DNA of 64,000 nucleotides from positions 51,417,941 to 51,481,940 of the forward strand of contig NC_057718.1 of NCBI RefSeq assembly GCF_004010195.1, read 5' to 3'. The notes under the pieces were generated by a model that saw only the letters and a list, made by a program, of their open reading frames with translations, ran no database searches and had not been told where the DNA came from. The stretch's first letter is position 1. Every line of letters starts with the position of its first letter. Source of the stretch: Chiloscyllium plagiosum. Taxonomy: Eukaryota. Below are positions 1-11,942 of this stretch, piece after piece. Both the position numbers and the translations under genes were made by a program.

Positions 1-289
1 AACATATTGGCTGGATTTCATCAGAGGTGGGCTATCTTGCATTCCTGAAGAGTCAACAGGGGAACACAGCAATGCCAAAGTAATTTGCTGCCTCCCTCAG
101 AGAATAGCCAGTCACAAGCAGCTCTGATATCCCTGCAGTGTCAGTGACTGGGTTTACAAGGAGTCCCAGATTCAAATCTCTGCACTCGCCTACTGAGAGG
201 CACCGCACAGGACAGTCTATAAGGTTGCCAAATATATCAATAAATGTGAGAATTGGGAGTTTTATAGAATACAGCACAGGAGAACGAAG

Positions 290-2228
290 AAACTGAAAAG
301 GAAAGGGGAAATAGACTATGAACGTAATCTAACAAAAAAAGACTTAAATGGACTGTAAAAACATTTATAGGTACATAAAAAGGAAATGTTTGGGTAAAAC
401 AAGAATGGGGCTGAGAAGCAAAATGATTATTTCATAGCTGTTTTCATTAAGATAATAGAAATCTCCCAGAACTGGAGATCCAAGTGACTAGTAAAAATAA
501 GGAGTTGAAAGAAATTAGCATTAATAAGAAGATATTAATGGGAGGACAGTTAACAGATCACCAGGACCTGGTGGTCTACATCCCAGATTGTCGAAGGACA
601 TGGCTATAGACATAATGTATACGATTTTCCAATATTCTATAGATGCCAGAATAATTCTTGTGGATTGGAAGAGAACAAACATTACCTCACTTTTAAGAAG
701 GGAGCGAGAGAGAAAACAGAGAACTATAGACCTCTGTTTGTCATTTGCCTTTTGTCATTTGTAAAGAAAATGTTAGAATCTATTATAAAAATGGGATAAA
801 TAGACTTGATAATGATCGGACCAGACATAGTCAGAATGGATTTGTGAATAGGAAATTATGTTTGACAAAATTTTTGGAGTTTTTTGAAGATGTTACTTTC
901 AAAATTGATGAAGGATAGCCAATGGTTGTAGATTACTTGGGATTCCTGAAAACTTTTGATAAAGTCCAGCACAAAGCACATGGAATAGGAGGTGAAGTAG
1001 TCGCATGGATTAATGATGGCTTATAGACAGGAAACAGAGAGTAGGGAAAAATGGTCACTCTCACATTGACAGTCTGTGCTAGGACTTGCTGCTCCCAATA
1101 TATATCAATGATTTGGAGGTGGAGACCAAGTGTTTTGTTACTAAATTTGCAGGTGGTACAAAGCTTAGTAGAAATATGTTGTGAGAAAGATGTTAAGCAG
1201 TTTCATGTTTTGGACAGAGTTAGTGAATGGGAAAGAGCATAGGACATTGGATATGATTTGGAAAAATGTAAGATTATTGTATGTGGTACGAGAAACAGAC
1301 ATCAGGGCATTTTGCAAAAGGTAAGAGGTTGGAAAGTATAGATATAAAAAGAGATCTAATTATCCTTGTCAATAAGTCACTGAAAGCTTACTTATAGAGG
1401 AAGCAAACCTTCAGGTAGAGTTATGAAATGTTCAACTTTATTATCAAAAGGATCTGAGTACAGGAGTAATGATGTCTTGCTTCAATTGTATAGCAGTTTT
1501 GTTAGACTACACCTAGAGTTCTGTGTGCAGTTCTGTTCTCTTTATCTCAGGAAAATCATTATTGCCGTAGAGGGAGTACAACAAAGTTTCAGGAGATTTG
1601 TTCCCAGAATAGCAGGATTGTCCTATGAGGTGACGTTCTGCAAACTGGAATTGGAGGGTGCTACTTAACTATGTGATCTGCTTGTATTGCTCACAAGACA
1701 AAACTTTTCACTGTGCCTCAGTACACATGACAATAAATTCAATTCAAATTCTAAAGCTTTTGCAGTTAGGATGAAATAATTATGTTGTGAGTATGCCCTC
1801 AATGTGCAAAGAACACCCTCCAAAAACTGTATTCTCTCGAGTTTTAAGGAATGAGAGGAGATGTTTTTGACCCTATCAAGATACTTAAAGCAATAGACAG
1901 GGTAGATGCAGATGTTTCCCCTGGTTGGAGAGTCTAGGACAAGGGGACTCAGTTTAAAAATAAGGGGGATGCCACTTAGATCCAAGATGTGGTTACTTTT
2001 TCTTTACTCAAATGATTGTGAACCTTTGGAATTATTTTTCCCAGGTGGCTGTGGAAGGTTAGTCTTTGAAATGTTTCAGCTGGAGTTTGAGACATTTTTG
2101 AATCCCACTGGTGTACAGTGTTATGTGTTGGGGTAGGTAAAAGGCATTGACGGTTTCGATCAGCCATGATCATATTGAATAGCAGGGAAGGCTCAACAGG
2201 CTGAATGGCCTATCTTATTCCTATGTTT
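290..2228 (+). mobile_element. Old, heavily decayed CR1 LINE (ORF2 RT region to 3' tail)
   Basis: Remnant RT motifs (NYRP at ~722; LQLYSSFVRLHLEFCVQF in ORF 1423-1668) and a CR1-type tail ggctgaatggcct...ttcctatg ending near 2225. Many stops and frameshifts. Interrupted at 1651-1823. Confidence 0.85.
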
Positions 2229-2898
2229 TTATTATGCTAACTCTTCATGTTATGGCCACAGATGTCTACTGAAACAGCACAGATTTTGTTTGCAACACAG
2301 CAATTTTCTTTTCAATAAAGGGCTCATCAGAGAAATTTGACAGTTCAACAGACCTGATTCATCCTTTTATGAGTATTTAAGTTTACTCTACAAGTTAGTA
2401 AGTCCCACACTGCAGGAAAAGGCACTAAGTTCAGTGAAAACGCAATCTGTTAAAACTCATGGACCTGCTGAACACAGGTTTCCCGAGGTGTGTGAGTCAC
2501 ATATCCCATTCCCTACCCATTCCCTTACCAGCAAAAATACAACTTGTTGGAAATAGAAATGGGACTTCAAGATCTGGATTCTCAATAGCATTTTACCATT
2601 TGGGATAGGTCTTGGGGCAGAGATTTATGGGAGAAGGTAGCACATACCCACAGAAGTAAAAGTATTGGTGAGGCAGTGATAGCAAAATAAACATGTCTTG
2701 TTACCATAATGCACAATGTGATTGGGCAGTGACCCAAAAAGTGCCTGAGCTCCATAGTGGCTGCTGCTGGGACTGCAGGCAGGCCATGAAGGAGACCCAG
2801 TGGAATCCTGGACACAGATAAGTTAGGGGCATTGGGCAGGCAAGGGGTTTGCTGCCTTAGAGTGGGAGACAGGAGTTGTGGAAGGATAAATTTATACC

Positions 2899-3410
2899 CT
2901 ACAGTTTCTACCCTACTGTTGTTAGAATACTGAATGGACTCACAAAGTCTTAGCATTCGCCTGTACCTGTGGTTTTTGTTTTTGCCGCTTTATCTATTAT
3001 TTACTTATCTACACTATTTAGCTATGTGATCTGTCTGTATTGCTCGCAAGACACGGTGGCACAGTGGTTAGCACTGCTGCCTCACAGCGCCAGAGACCCG
3101 GGTTCAATTCCCGACTCAGGCGACTGACTGTGTGGAGTTTGCACGTTCTCCCCATGTTTGCGTGGGTTTCCTCCGGGTGCTCCGGTTTCCTCCCACAGTC
3201 CAAAGATGTGCAGGTCAGGTGAATTGGCCATGCTAAATTGCCCGTAGTGTTAGGTAAGGGGTAAATGTAGGGGTATGGGTGGGTTGCGCTTCGGCGGGTC
3301 GGTGCGGACTTGTTGGGCCGAAGGGCCTGTTTCTACACTGTAATCTAATCTAATCTAATCTAATCTTTTCACTGTGCCTCGGTACATGTAACAATAAATT
3401 CAATTCAATT
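2899..3410 (+). mobile_element. Rex1/Babar-like LINE 3' fragment interrupted by a SINE
   Basis: 2903-2938 reads SFYPTVVRILNG, resembling a Rex/Babar ORF end. The 3' UTR ends cttttcactgtgcctcggtacatgtaacaataaa followed by (ttcaa)n. Confidence 0.6.
3052..3364 (+). mobile_element. tRNA-derived V-SINE (HE1-like), young
   Basis: A box TGGCACAGTGG 3057-3067; B box GGTTCAATTCC 3101-3111; V-domain core tgtggagtttgca..ttctcccc..gtgggtttcctccgggtgctccggtttcctccc; CR1-like tail; (taatc)n end. Confidence 0.93.
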
Positions 3411-3691
3411 GGTGGGCGGCACGGTGGCAGAGACCCGGGTTCAATCCCGACTCAGGCGACTGACTGTGGAGTTTGCACATTCTCCCCGTGTCTGCGTGGG
3501 TTTCCTCCGGGTGCTCCGGTTTCCTCCCACAGTCCAAAGATGTGCAGGTCAGGTGAATTGGCCATGCTAAATTGTCCCGGAGTGTTAGATAAGGGGTAAA
3601 TGTAGGGGTATGGGTGGGTTGCGCTTCGGCGGGTCGGTGCGGACTTGTTGGGCCGAAGGGCCTGTTTCCACACTGTAATGTAATCTAATCT
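3411..3691 (+). mobile_element. Second HE1-like V-SINE with a deletion through the A-box region
   Basis: Near-identical to 3052-3364 but ggtggca is joined directly to gagacccggg; (taatc)n tail. Confidence 0.92.
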
Positions 3692-5226
3692 AATTCAAAT
3701 TCTAAAGCATATGTGGTTAGGATGAAATAATTATGTTATGATTCCCTCAATTGCAAACAGCACCATCAAAATTACTATCGATTTCCTGGTTTAGAGTTTT
3801 AACTAAATTAAATATGCTAACAGTTCATAATTGTTTACAAATAGCTAGAATTGATTTATTTGTAATAAATAGTACTTCTTATTAAGTACAAAACACTGCT
3901 CCATACACTCCATCAACCTGGATCTGAAAAGCAGGTAAATTTTCTGTACTTTTATAAGATCTTTAACTTTTTGTGATAACAGTGAAGCTTGATTTGCAGA
4001 GCAGTGAAATGTTACAGTAACATTGGATCAACTGAGCTTGTATTGGAGACTGGGCAGGTTGCTGCCAATTCTCCATATACTGGGAGTCTTGAATGGAAAA
4101 GTGGCACCCTGGAAACCCACCCAAAATAAAATGTCCCTCTCTCTCACTGAAAATGTACCTGGTGAGGGCTTGTAATATCCAGCTCTTGGGTGTCTCCATG
4201 ACTCCACAAAAATCTAGGCCAAGGATCTCTGTTAAAGCTACAATCCAATCAATCATAATTTTACTAAACGGCAGAACATGCTTGACATGCTGAATGGCCT
4301 GCAACTGTTCCTATTTTCTATAATCTTATTTTGAGCACTGACTCACAAATCTGCGTGCAATAAACTTCCAAAAAGTTATTTTCTTCGTAAATAAGCTGTA
4401 AAGATAAGTTTTATTTTAGCTTAGTTTTAACTCACGTATCTACTTGAAATCAATAATATTAATTACTTATTCAATAAAACTAAAGTGGCTAGTAAATATA
4501 AATTGTTATTCCAATATGTTTGACGACATCTTATTTTAACTTTCTTTCAGCTATGCACTTAACCAAATTTATCAAAAATCTGAAAGTAACATATAATTTT
4601 AAAATTTTCTAACATCTGGTGTATGGATGAGATCAGAAAGTGCAATGACTAATGTCTGGCACAAACTGATGCTGAGTATTAGTTTGGCACATAGTCTGCA
4701 TGATTTGTTGATACATATAAACGCAAGCAAGTTATTTTTTGTTGCCAAATCTGGATGATGAATTTCTCAGCTAATTTTTAGAATAACTTAACAGATTTGA
4801 CAGCATTATACCCACTGATGAACTATTCGAAATACCAAAGTTAGTCAATAAACCTATTAACAGCTACTTGTTCATGACACAATGACTTCATGCATGTAGA
4901 TGCAAAGCTTTTCCAATAAGAAAAAAAAAGCATCATTTCAGTTAGATATAAAGAAGATACAGTTTGTTAGATTTTGTAAATTTTGCTTCCAGTATCTGCA
5001 AACCGAAGCAGGAAGTTTTACTCACAGCAGTACTCCATTATGGTCAATCTTCTCAAATCTTATCATTGCCATATGCACCACAGTATGCAACAGCTATAAC
5101 CATCATGTAGCATATATGCACAAATTGATCAAAACATTTCTTTCACCACATGTGGTTAGGCGTATTTCATTCATACTATTTATTTCACATGACAACTACA
5201 TGTGCTGATATAGTTACTGGGCTAAC

Positions 5227-5262
5227 AATCCTGAAGAAGGGCTTATGCCCGAAACGTCGATT
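5227..5262 (+). ncRNA. Minimal type I hammerhead ribozyme motif
   Basis: aatc-CTGAAGA-a-GGGC-ttat-GCCC-GAAA-c-GTC-gatt: CUGANGA and GAAA boxes, 4-bp stem II, palindromic acgt in place of stem III, aatc/gatt stem I. Confidence 0.75.
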
Positions 5263-5354
5263 CTCCTGTTCCCTGGATACTGCCTGACCTGCTGCGCTTT
5301 TCCAGCAACACATTTTCAGCTCTGATCTCCAGCATCTGCAGACCTCACTTTCTC
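5231..5354 (+). mobile_element. Penelope-like element terminal (pLTR) fragment with hammerhead motif
   Basis: Matches the terminus of the RT-bearing PLE at 35119-35210. 9-bp TSD ctaacaatc at 5222-5230 and 5355-5363. Confidence 0.88.
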
Positions 5355-5904
5355 CTAACAATCTGGATAGTCAAGCTAAATCTCTGGTGTCACAGATTCC
5401 AATTCTTTCATGGATTTGGTGGAATGTGACTTCAATTAATAAAATCTGGAATCAAAAATGGTTAGTCTCAGTTTTCATAAACATGAAGCCATTGTCAATT
5501 GTTGTAAAAATTCACCTGGTGCACAAAAGTACCTTACAACATCCCAGATACACAATCACCACTCCTTGGTATGTCTTGTCTCACAGCAGGACAAGCCCAT
5601 CAGGAGGAGCAGCACAGTGATATTCAATCAGGAGAGACTTGTCCTTAGATTCCTCAAAATTCAGTCTGGTATGAGGTATCATGGCATTGAGGTCAAACAT
5701 GGAAAAGCAAACTTGTTCTGCTGATTACCACTGACCACCATCCATTATCTAATAATCAATACTCCTCCATGTTCAACATCAGTTGTAAGAAGATTTGAGA
5801 CTGACAAGGCACAGAATGCATTATGGTTGCTTGCGGATTTCAATGTCTCTCACAAGAATGGTAGGATACCAGCACTATTCAATAACCTAAATGAATCCTA
5901 AAGC

Positions 5905-6303
5905 ACTGGAATGTCAGAAGTTGAGAGGTGACCTTATAGAGGTGGATTTATAAAATCATGAGGGGTAGAGATAAAATTAATAGTTGGTGTCTTTTCCCTA
6001 GGATGGTGATTTCAAGGTCGGGGGGTATATTTTAAGGTGGGAAAAGAGAGTTTTTAAAAAAACATGAGGAGCAAACTTTTATACACAGAGGGTGGTTTGC
6101 GTGTGGATTGAACTTCCTGAGGAACTGGTGGATGCGGGGACAGTTACAACTTTTAAAAGGCAATTAGATAAGTACATGAATAAGAAAAGTTTGGGGGGAT
6201 ATGGGAGAGGAGCAGGCAGGTGGGATCAGTTTAATTTGGGATTATGTCTGATATAGACTAGTTGGACCAAAGGGTCTGTTTCCATGCTGTATCACTCAAT
6301 GAC
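5905..6303 (+). mobile_element. CR1 3' fragment
   Basis: LRGDLIEV..YKIMRG-like sequence and tail gaccaaagggtctgtttccatgctgtat. Confidence 0.88.
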
Positions 6304-6817
6304 ATAGGTTGTTGACTATGCACAGATTGGGTCAACGGAAGATGGTGCTTGAAACAACATAAGTGAGAAACTTACTTAACCTCATCCTCACCAATCTACC
6401 TATTGCAGATAAATATGTCTGAGACAGTACTAATAGGAATGACCACAATATAGGCTGGAATGTATGTGCAAAAAAAATGGCGAAAACATCTGATCTCACA
6501 TTTTTTACTGTTGTGTGGTCAACAACCCTGCTAAATAGGATAGATTTGAAACAAATCCTACAAAACTGGACATTCATGAGGCACTGTGACAGCAGCATTA
6601 GTAGGATTCCACTCGTCCATAAGCTAGAGCAGGACCAGCATATCTACCGCTCTACCATTGCTATCAAGTCAGGGATCAATTTTAGTACAATGAAGAGTGC
6701 AGGAGGCCATGCTAGGGGTAGCACCAGGTATATTTAAAAATGTTATGTCAACCTAGTGAAGTTGTAGCACAAAACAGTGTGCAAACTAAAATACAGAAGC
6801 AGCATGTGATGAAAACC

Positions 6818-7722
6818 GCTATTTTTATAAACGACCTGGATGAGGGCATAGAAGAATGGATTAGTAAATTTGCGGATGACACTAAGTTCAATACATTGTG
6901 GATAGTACTGAAGGATGTTATAGGTTACAGCAGGACATAGACAGGCTGCAGAGCTGGGCTGAGAGGTGTCAAATGGATTTTAATGTGGAAAAATGTGAGG
7001 TGATTCACTTTGGAAGGAGTAACATGAATGCAGAGTGCTGGGCGAACGGTAAGATTCTTGGTAGTGTAAATAAGCAGAGAGATCTGTGTCCATATACACA
7101 CATCCCTCAAAGTTGCCACACAGGTTAATAGGCTGTTAAAAAGGCATATGGTGCGTTAGCTTTTATTAGTAGAGGGATCGAGTTTCAGAATCATGAGGTC
7201 ATGCTGCAGCTGTACAAACCTCTGGTGCGGCTGCACTTGGAGTTCTGGTCACCACATTGTAGGAGGGATGTGGAAGCTTTGGAAAGGGTTCACAGCAGAT
7301 TTACTGGGATGTTGCCTGGTATAGAGGGAAGGTCTTGTGAGGAAAGGTTGAGAGATTTGAGGCTGTTTTTGTGAGAAAGAAGAAGATGACTTAATTGAGA
7401 CATATAAGATAATCAGAGGGTTAGATCGGGTGGACAGTGACAGTGGCTAGCATGAGGGGGCATAGCTTCAAATTGTGGGGTGATAGATATAGGACAGATG
7501 TCAGATTTAGTTTTTTACTCAGAGAGTAGTAGGGGCGTGGAATGCACTGCTTGCAACAGTTGTAGATTCGCCAACTTTAAAGGCATTTAAATGATCATTG
7601 GATAGGCATATGGATGAGAATGAATAGTGTAGGTTAGATGGGCTTCAGATTGGTTTCAAAGGGTGATGCAACATCGAGGGCCAAAGGGCCTGTACTGTGC
7701 TGTAATGTTCTATGTTCCATAT
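6818..7722 (+). mobile_element. CR1 3' fragment
   Basis: [46 protein letters not shown]; (gttctat)-type tail. Confidence 0.92.
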
Positions 7723-8879
7723 GATCTCAGAACTAATGTATCAGATTTAAGCTCTGCAATCCTACCATAACACATGAACAGTAGTGGACAACTAAATAAC
7801 TAACTGGAAGAGGAGGGTCTACAAAAATCTCCAGTGCCAATGATGGGCCAGTCCTGCACATTAGTGCAAACACAAGGTGCAAGCATTTGTAAACGCTTTC
7901 ACCCAGAACTGCTGAGTGGAAAATCTCTCTCAACAACCATCTGAAATGCATTGAATACTGTTAGTGCTGTGGGCCTGACAACATTCTAGCAATAGAATCA
8001 ACATTATGTGTCCTGGAAGCAGGCGTGCCCCTAGCCAGGCTATTCCAGTGAAGTTACAAGACAATCATCTGCCTGGCAACATGGAAAATTACCGAGGAAT
8101 CTCCTTTCCATAACAAGCAGATCAAATGTAATCTGCTCTTTCAATTTATTCTTGATCCTTTGCAAAGTGGTGGAAGGGGTTTGTTGACAATGCCATGAAG
8201 TAACACATACATTGCAATAATACTTATTTTGGATTCTGGATGGTTCATTGGTTCCTAACCTCATTACAGCTTTGATTCAAACATGGACAAAAATAGTTGA
8301 ACTCCAGAGGTAATATAAGAACAATTGCCCTTGATATCAAGACAATATTTTATCATGTATGACATTGAGAAGTCCTAGCAAAATTGGAGTCAATGGGAAT
8401 TAGGGGAGAACAGTCCACTTGGTGGACTCATTCATATCAAAATGGAAGATATTTATGAATATAGCAGGTCAATCATATCAGACCCAGGACGTCACTGCAC
8501 CAGTCCCTAATATCCTCGGCCCACCACATTCAACCACTATAACTGAATGAACTTTTACTCCTTTGCCAGGTCAGAAATAGAGATGCTTGCTGATGATTGC
8601 ACAATGTTCAATATGATTCATGAACTCTCAGATACTGAAGCAGCCCATGTCCATTGCAACAAAACCTGGAAAAAATTCAGGCTGTGGTATTTTAAAAAGA
8701 AAGTTACATTCATGGCAGGCAAGTCCAGTCAAACAAGAGAGAACTTAATCATCTCCCCTTGATATTCAATGGTTTTACCTTCACTGACTCTTCAACTGTC
8801 AACTTTCTAGGGATCATCATTGATCAGAAACTGAATGAACTATCCCAATAATAAGTGAGGCTGGAAGGCCAGCTCAGAT

Positions 8880-9286
8880 AGGAGAAAGTGAGGACTGCAG
8901 ATGCTGGAGATCAGAGCTGAAAATGTGGTGCTGGAAAAGTGCAGCAGGTCAGGAAGCATCCAAGGAGCAGGAGAATCGACATTTCGGGCATGAGCCCTTC
9001 TTCAGGAATGAGGAGAGTGTGCCAAGCAGGCTAAGATAAAAGGTAGGGAGGAGGGACTTGGGGGAGGGGCAGTGGAAATGTGATAGGTGGAAGGAGGTTA
9101 AGGTGAGGGTGATAGGCCTGGAAGGAGATGTGGCTGTGGTAGCGAGTCTGTTTGAGAATGTGGCTGAAGAGCTTCTGGGCAGAGGAGATGAGCTGGGGTT
9201 TGCAGTGAGAGAGGGACTCACTGAAATCCTTGTAGAGGGAGAAAGAGGGAGCTTCTTCAAGGAAGGCATCCTTGCAAGAGGATTCG
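8880..9286 (-). mobile_element. Internally deleted Penelope-like mini-element
   Basis: Reverse complement of the pLTR with hammerhead motif (8974-9005). 10-bp TSD cagctcagat at 8870-8879 and 9287-9296. Confidence 0.85.
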
Positions 9287-9454
9287 CAGCTCAGATGTCA
9301 GGAATCCACAGTGATTAACTCACTTCATTAAGCTTGTCACCATTGAAAAGTCACAAGTCAGGAAGGTGAGAGAATGCAGTCCACTTACCTGGATGAAAAC
9401 AACTCTAACAGCACTCCAACATTCAAGTTAAAGCAGAGAAGGATGAAGGAGGAA

Positions 9455-9783
9455 CCTGATTGATGATAAGGGGCATGGAGAGAATGGATAGGGAGCAACT
9501 GTTCCCCTTATTCAAAGGGTCAATAACAAAGAGGCATAATGTTAGGATGAGGGTCTAGAAGTATACAAGGGATTTGAGGAATTTTTTTTCATCCATTGGG
9601 TGATGTGAGTCTGGAATGCACTGCATAGGTGTATAGAAAAGAGGAAACCGCGCAACATTTTAAAAGTGCTTGGATGAACACATAATATTCAAGGCTATGG
9701 GGCAAATGTTGTAAGGTGGGATTAGTGTAGACTTGATGGGCCAAATGATCTTTTCTATGCTGCATGACTCTATGACTATGACC
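9455..9783 (+). mobile_element. CR1 3' fragment
   Basis: CR1 ORF2 end and tail gggccaaatg...ctctatgactatga. Confidence 0.8.
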
Positions 9784-10547
9784 ATCTAGGCCAAAGCAGC
9801 ACTTAGAACCAACACCCTTTCCACCACCTTCAATATTCACGACAGTACAGAGGGATCAGTCTGTACTGTATATAATATGCTCTGCATCAACTCACCAAAG
9901 CTCCTGCATTCTCCAAACCCATGATCTCTGCAATTTAGGAGGACAAAACTTCTTGCGATCCATTTGCATCAGCAGCTCTCTAAATGCAGACATAGCAATG
10001 ACTGCTAATATTACAATCAGATATTCCAGGTCACCCTCCTGGCATTTGATCTGCTCTACATATCTAATTGGATAGCAATTGCAGAGGTGCCCTCTCAGCC
10101 TGATGATTCCTGGAGTTCAGTCCTGTCATCATATTGCTGTAAACACCAGGTTCAAAAATGGTCCTGCTGTTATCAAAGAAAGTTTGGCCTGCAGACTCAG
10201 CACATCCTAGATTGCAAGGAATAAAGCATCGTACATCCTTTTCACTGGGATGGAAGAACTAAAAAATTACTTCCAGGTCACTAAAACTAGACACTTACGT
10301 TTACACCCATGTTCTCTACCCTTTGTCTTGTCAACCTTTGGCCATTCTGGTTGAAAGAACTGAAATAAATATCACCTTTTTTATACACACTACAGGTTTA
10401 AACTGCTTACATAAGATTGTGTTAAAATAGTTGAGATATTATGTGAATCTTTGACAAAAGGGTGTTAAAGAGGATGTTCCTAATCCATTAACCAGCTTCT
10501 GTAGCACAGTCAGTATCATGGAAAATCTGTTGGATGAAGCTATTAGT

Positions 10548-11942
10548 GTCATAGAGTCATAGAGCTAAAGAGCACGGAAACAGACCCTTTGTTCCAACTC
10601 GTCCATGCCAACCAGATATCCGAAATGAATCTCGTCCCAATTGCCAGCATTTGGCCATATCGCTGTAAACCCTTTCAAGTCACATACTCATCCAACTGCC
10701 TTTTAAATGCAATTGTACCAGCCTCCACCACTTCTTCTGGCAGCTTATTCCATTCATGTGCCACCCTCTGTGTGAAAAGGTTGGCCCTTAGGTCCCTTTT
10801 AAATCTTTTCCCTCTCACCCTAAACATATGCCGTTTGATTTTGGACTCTGCCACTCCAGGAAAAAGACCTTGTCTATTTACCCTATCCATGCCCCTCATA
10901 CTTTTATAAACCTCTGTAAGGTCATCCCTCAGTCTCTGACGCTCCAGAGAAAATAGCCCCAGACTATTCTGCCTCTCCCTATAGCTCAAACCCTCCAAAC
11001 CTGGCAACATCCTTGTAAATCTTTTCTGAACCTTTTCAAGTTTAACAACATCCTTAGTAAATCCGGGAAACCAGAATTGCACACAGTATTTGAAAAGCAG
11101 CCTAACCAATGTCCTGTACAGCCACAACATGACATTCCAACTCCTATATTCAATGAGATGACCAATAAAGGGAAGTATACCAAATGTCTTCATTATTCTA
11201 TCTACCTGCGACTCCACTTTCAAGGAACTATGAACCTGCCCTCCAAGGTCTTTTTGTTCAGCAACACTCCCCAGCACCTTACTATTAAGTGTATAAGTCC
11301 TGCCCTGATTTGCCTTTCCAAAATGCAGCACCTCAAATTTATCTCAATTAAACTCCATCTGCCATTCCTCAGCCTCTTCACCCATCTGATCAAGGTTCTG
11401 TTGTACTCTGAGGTAACCTTCTTCACTGTAAAACTACACCTCCAATTTTGGTGTTGTCTGCAAATGTATTAACCATACCTCCAATGCTCACATTCAAATC
11501 ATTTATATAAATGACAAAAAGCAGTAGATCCAGCACCAATCCTTGCAGTACACCACTGGTCACAGGTCTGCAGTCTGAAAATCAACTCTCCACCACCACC
11601 CTCTGTCTTCTAACTTTGAGCCAATTCCCCCACCAAATGGCTAGTTCTCTCTGTTTTTCATGTGCTCCAACCTTGCTAAACAGTCTACTATGAGGAACCT
11701 AGCCTTACTGAAGTCCATATAGATCGAGTCCACCACTCTGCCCTCATCAATCCTCTTCGTTACTTCTTCAAAAAATTTAATTTTGTTAGCATGACATGAT
11801 TTCTCATGCACAAATTCATGTTGACTAACCCTCATCAGTCCTTGCCTTTCCAAATTCATGTAAGTCCTCTCCCTCAGAATTCCCTCCAACAACTTGACCA
11901 CCACCGATGTCAGGCTCATTAGTCTATAGTTCCCTGGCTTTT
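10548..11942 (-). mobile_element. 5'-truncated CR1 LINE
   Basis: ORFs 10675-11331 and 11641-11919 (minus) are CR1 RT (SLTSVVVKLLEGILR, IYMDFSKA, LYRTLVR, LEKVQKRFTRMLPG). Tail gtcatagagtcatagag at 10548. Confidence 0.95.

Larger units (their letters stand above)
5205..5530 (+). mobile_element. Old SINE-like repeat (same family as 30190-30710 and 43010-43300), split by a PLE fragment
   Basis: Shared core ggtggaat..ttcaat..aaaatctggaat...ctggt(t/g)cac recurs three times in the window. Confidence 0.6.
5540..9950 (+). mobile_element. Old APE-RT LINE (CR1/L2-group-like), decayed, host to four younger insertions
   Basis: APE remnants (PGYVLSHRQD-like ~5565, DFNV ~5835, NLLNLILTN ~6368) and RT remnants (ALDIK ~8326, LADDCT ~8586). 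The same family occurs at 59225-60425. Confidence 0.75.

Noticed and set aside
3057..3111. tRNA gene suggested by A and B boxes
   Set aside because: It is a SINE head running into the V core; no cloverleaf or terminator.
3341..3410. Short repeats (taatc)n and (ttcaa)n as a CRISPR-like or satellite array
   Set aside because: These are retroposon 3' terminal microsatellites; there is no repeat-spacer structure, and the sequence is eukaryotic.
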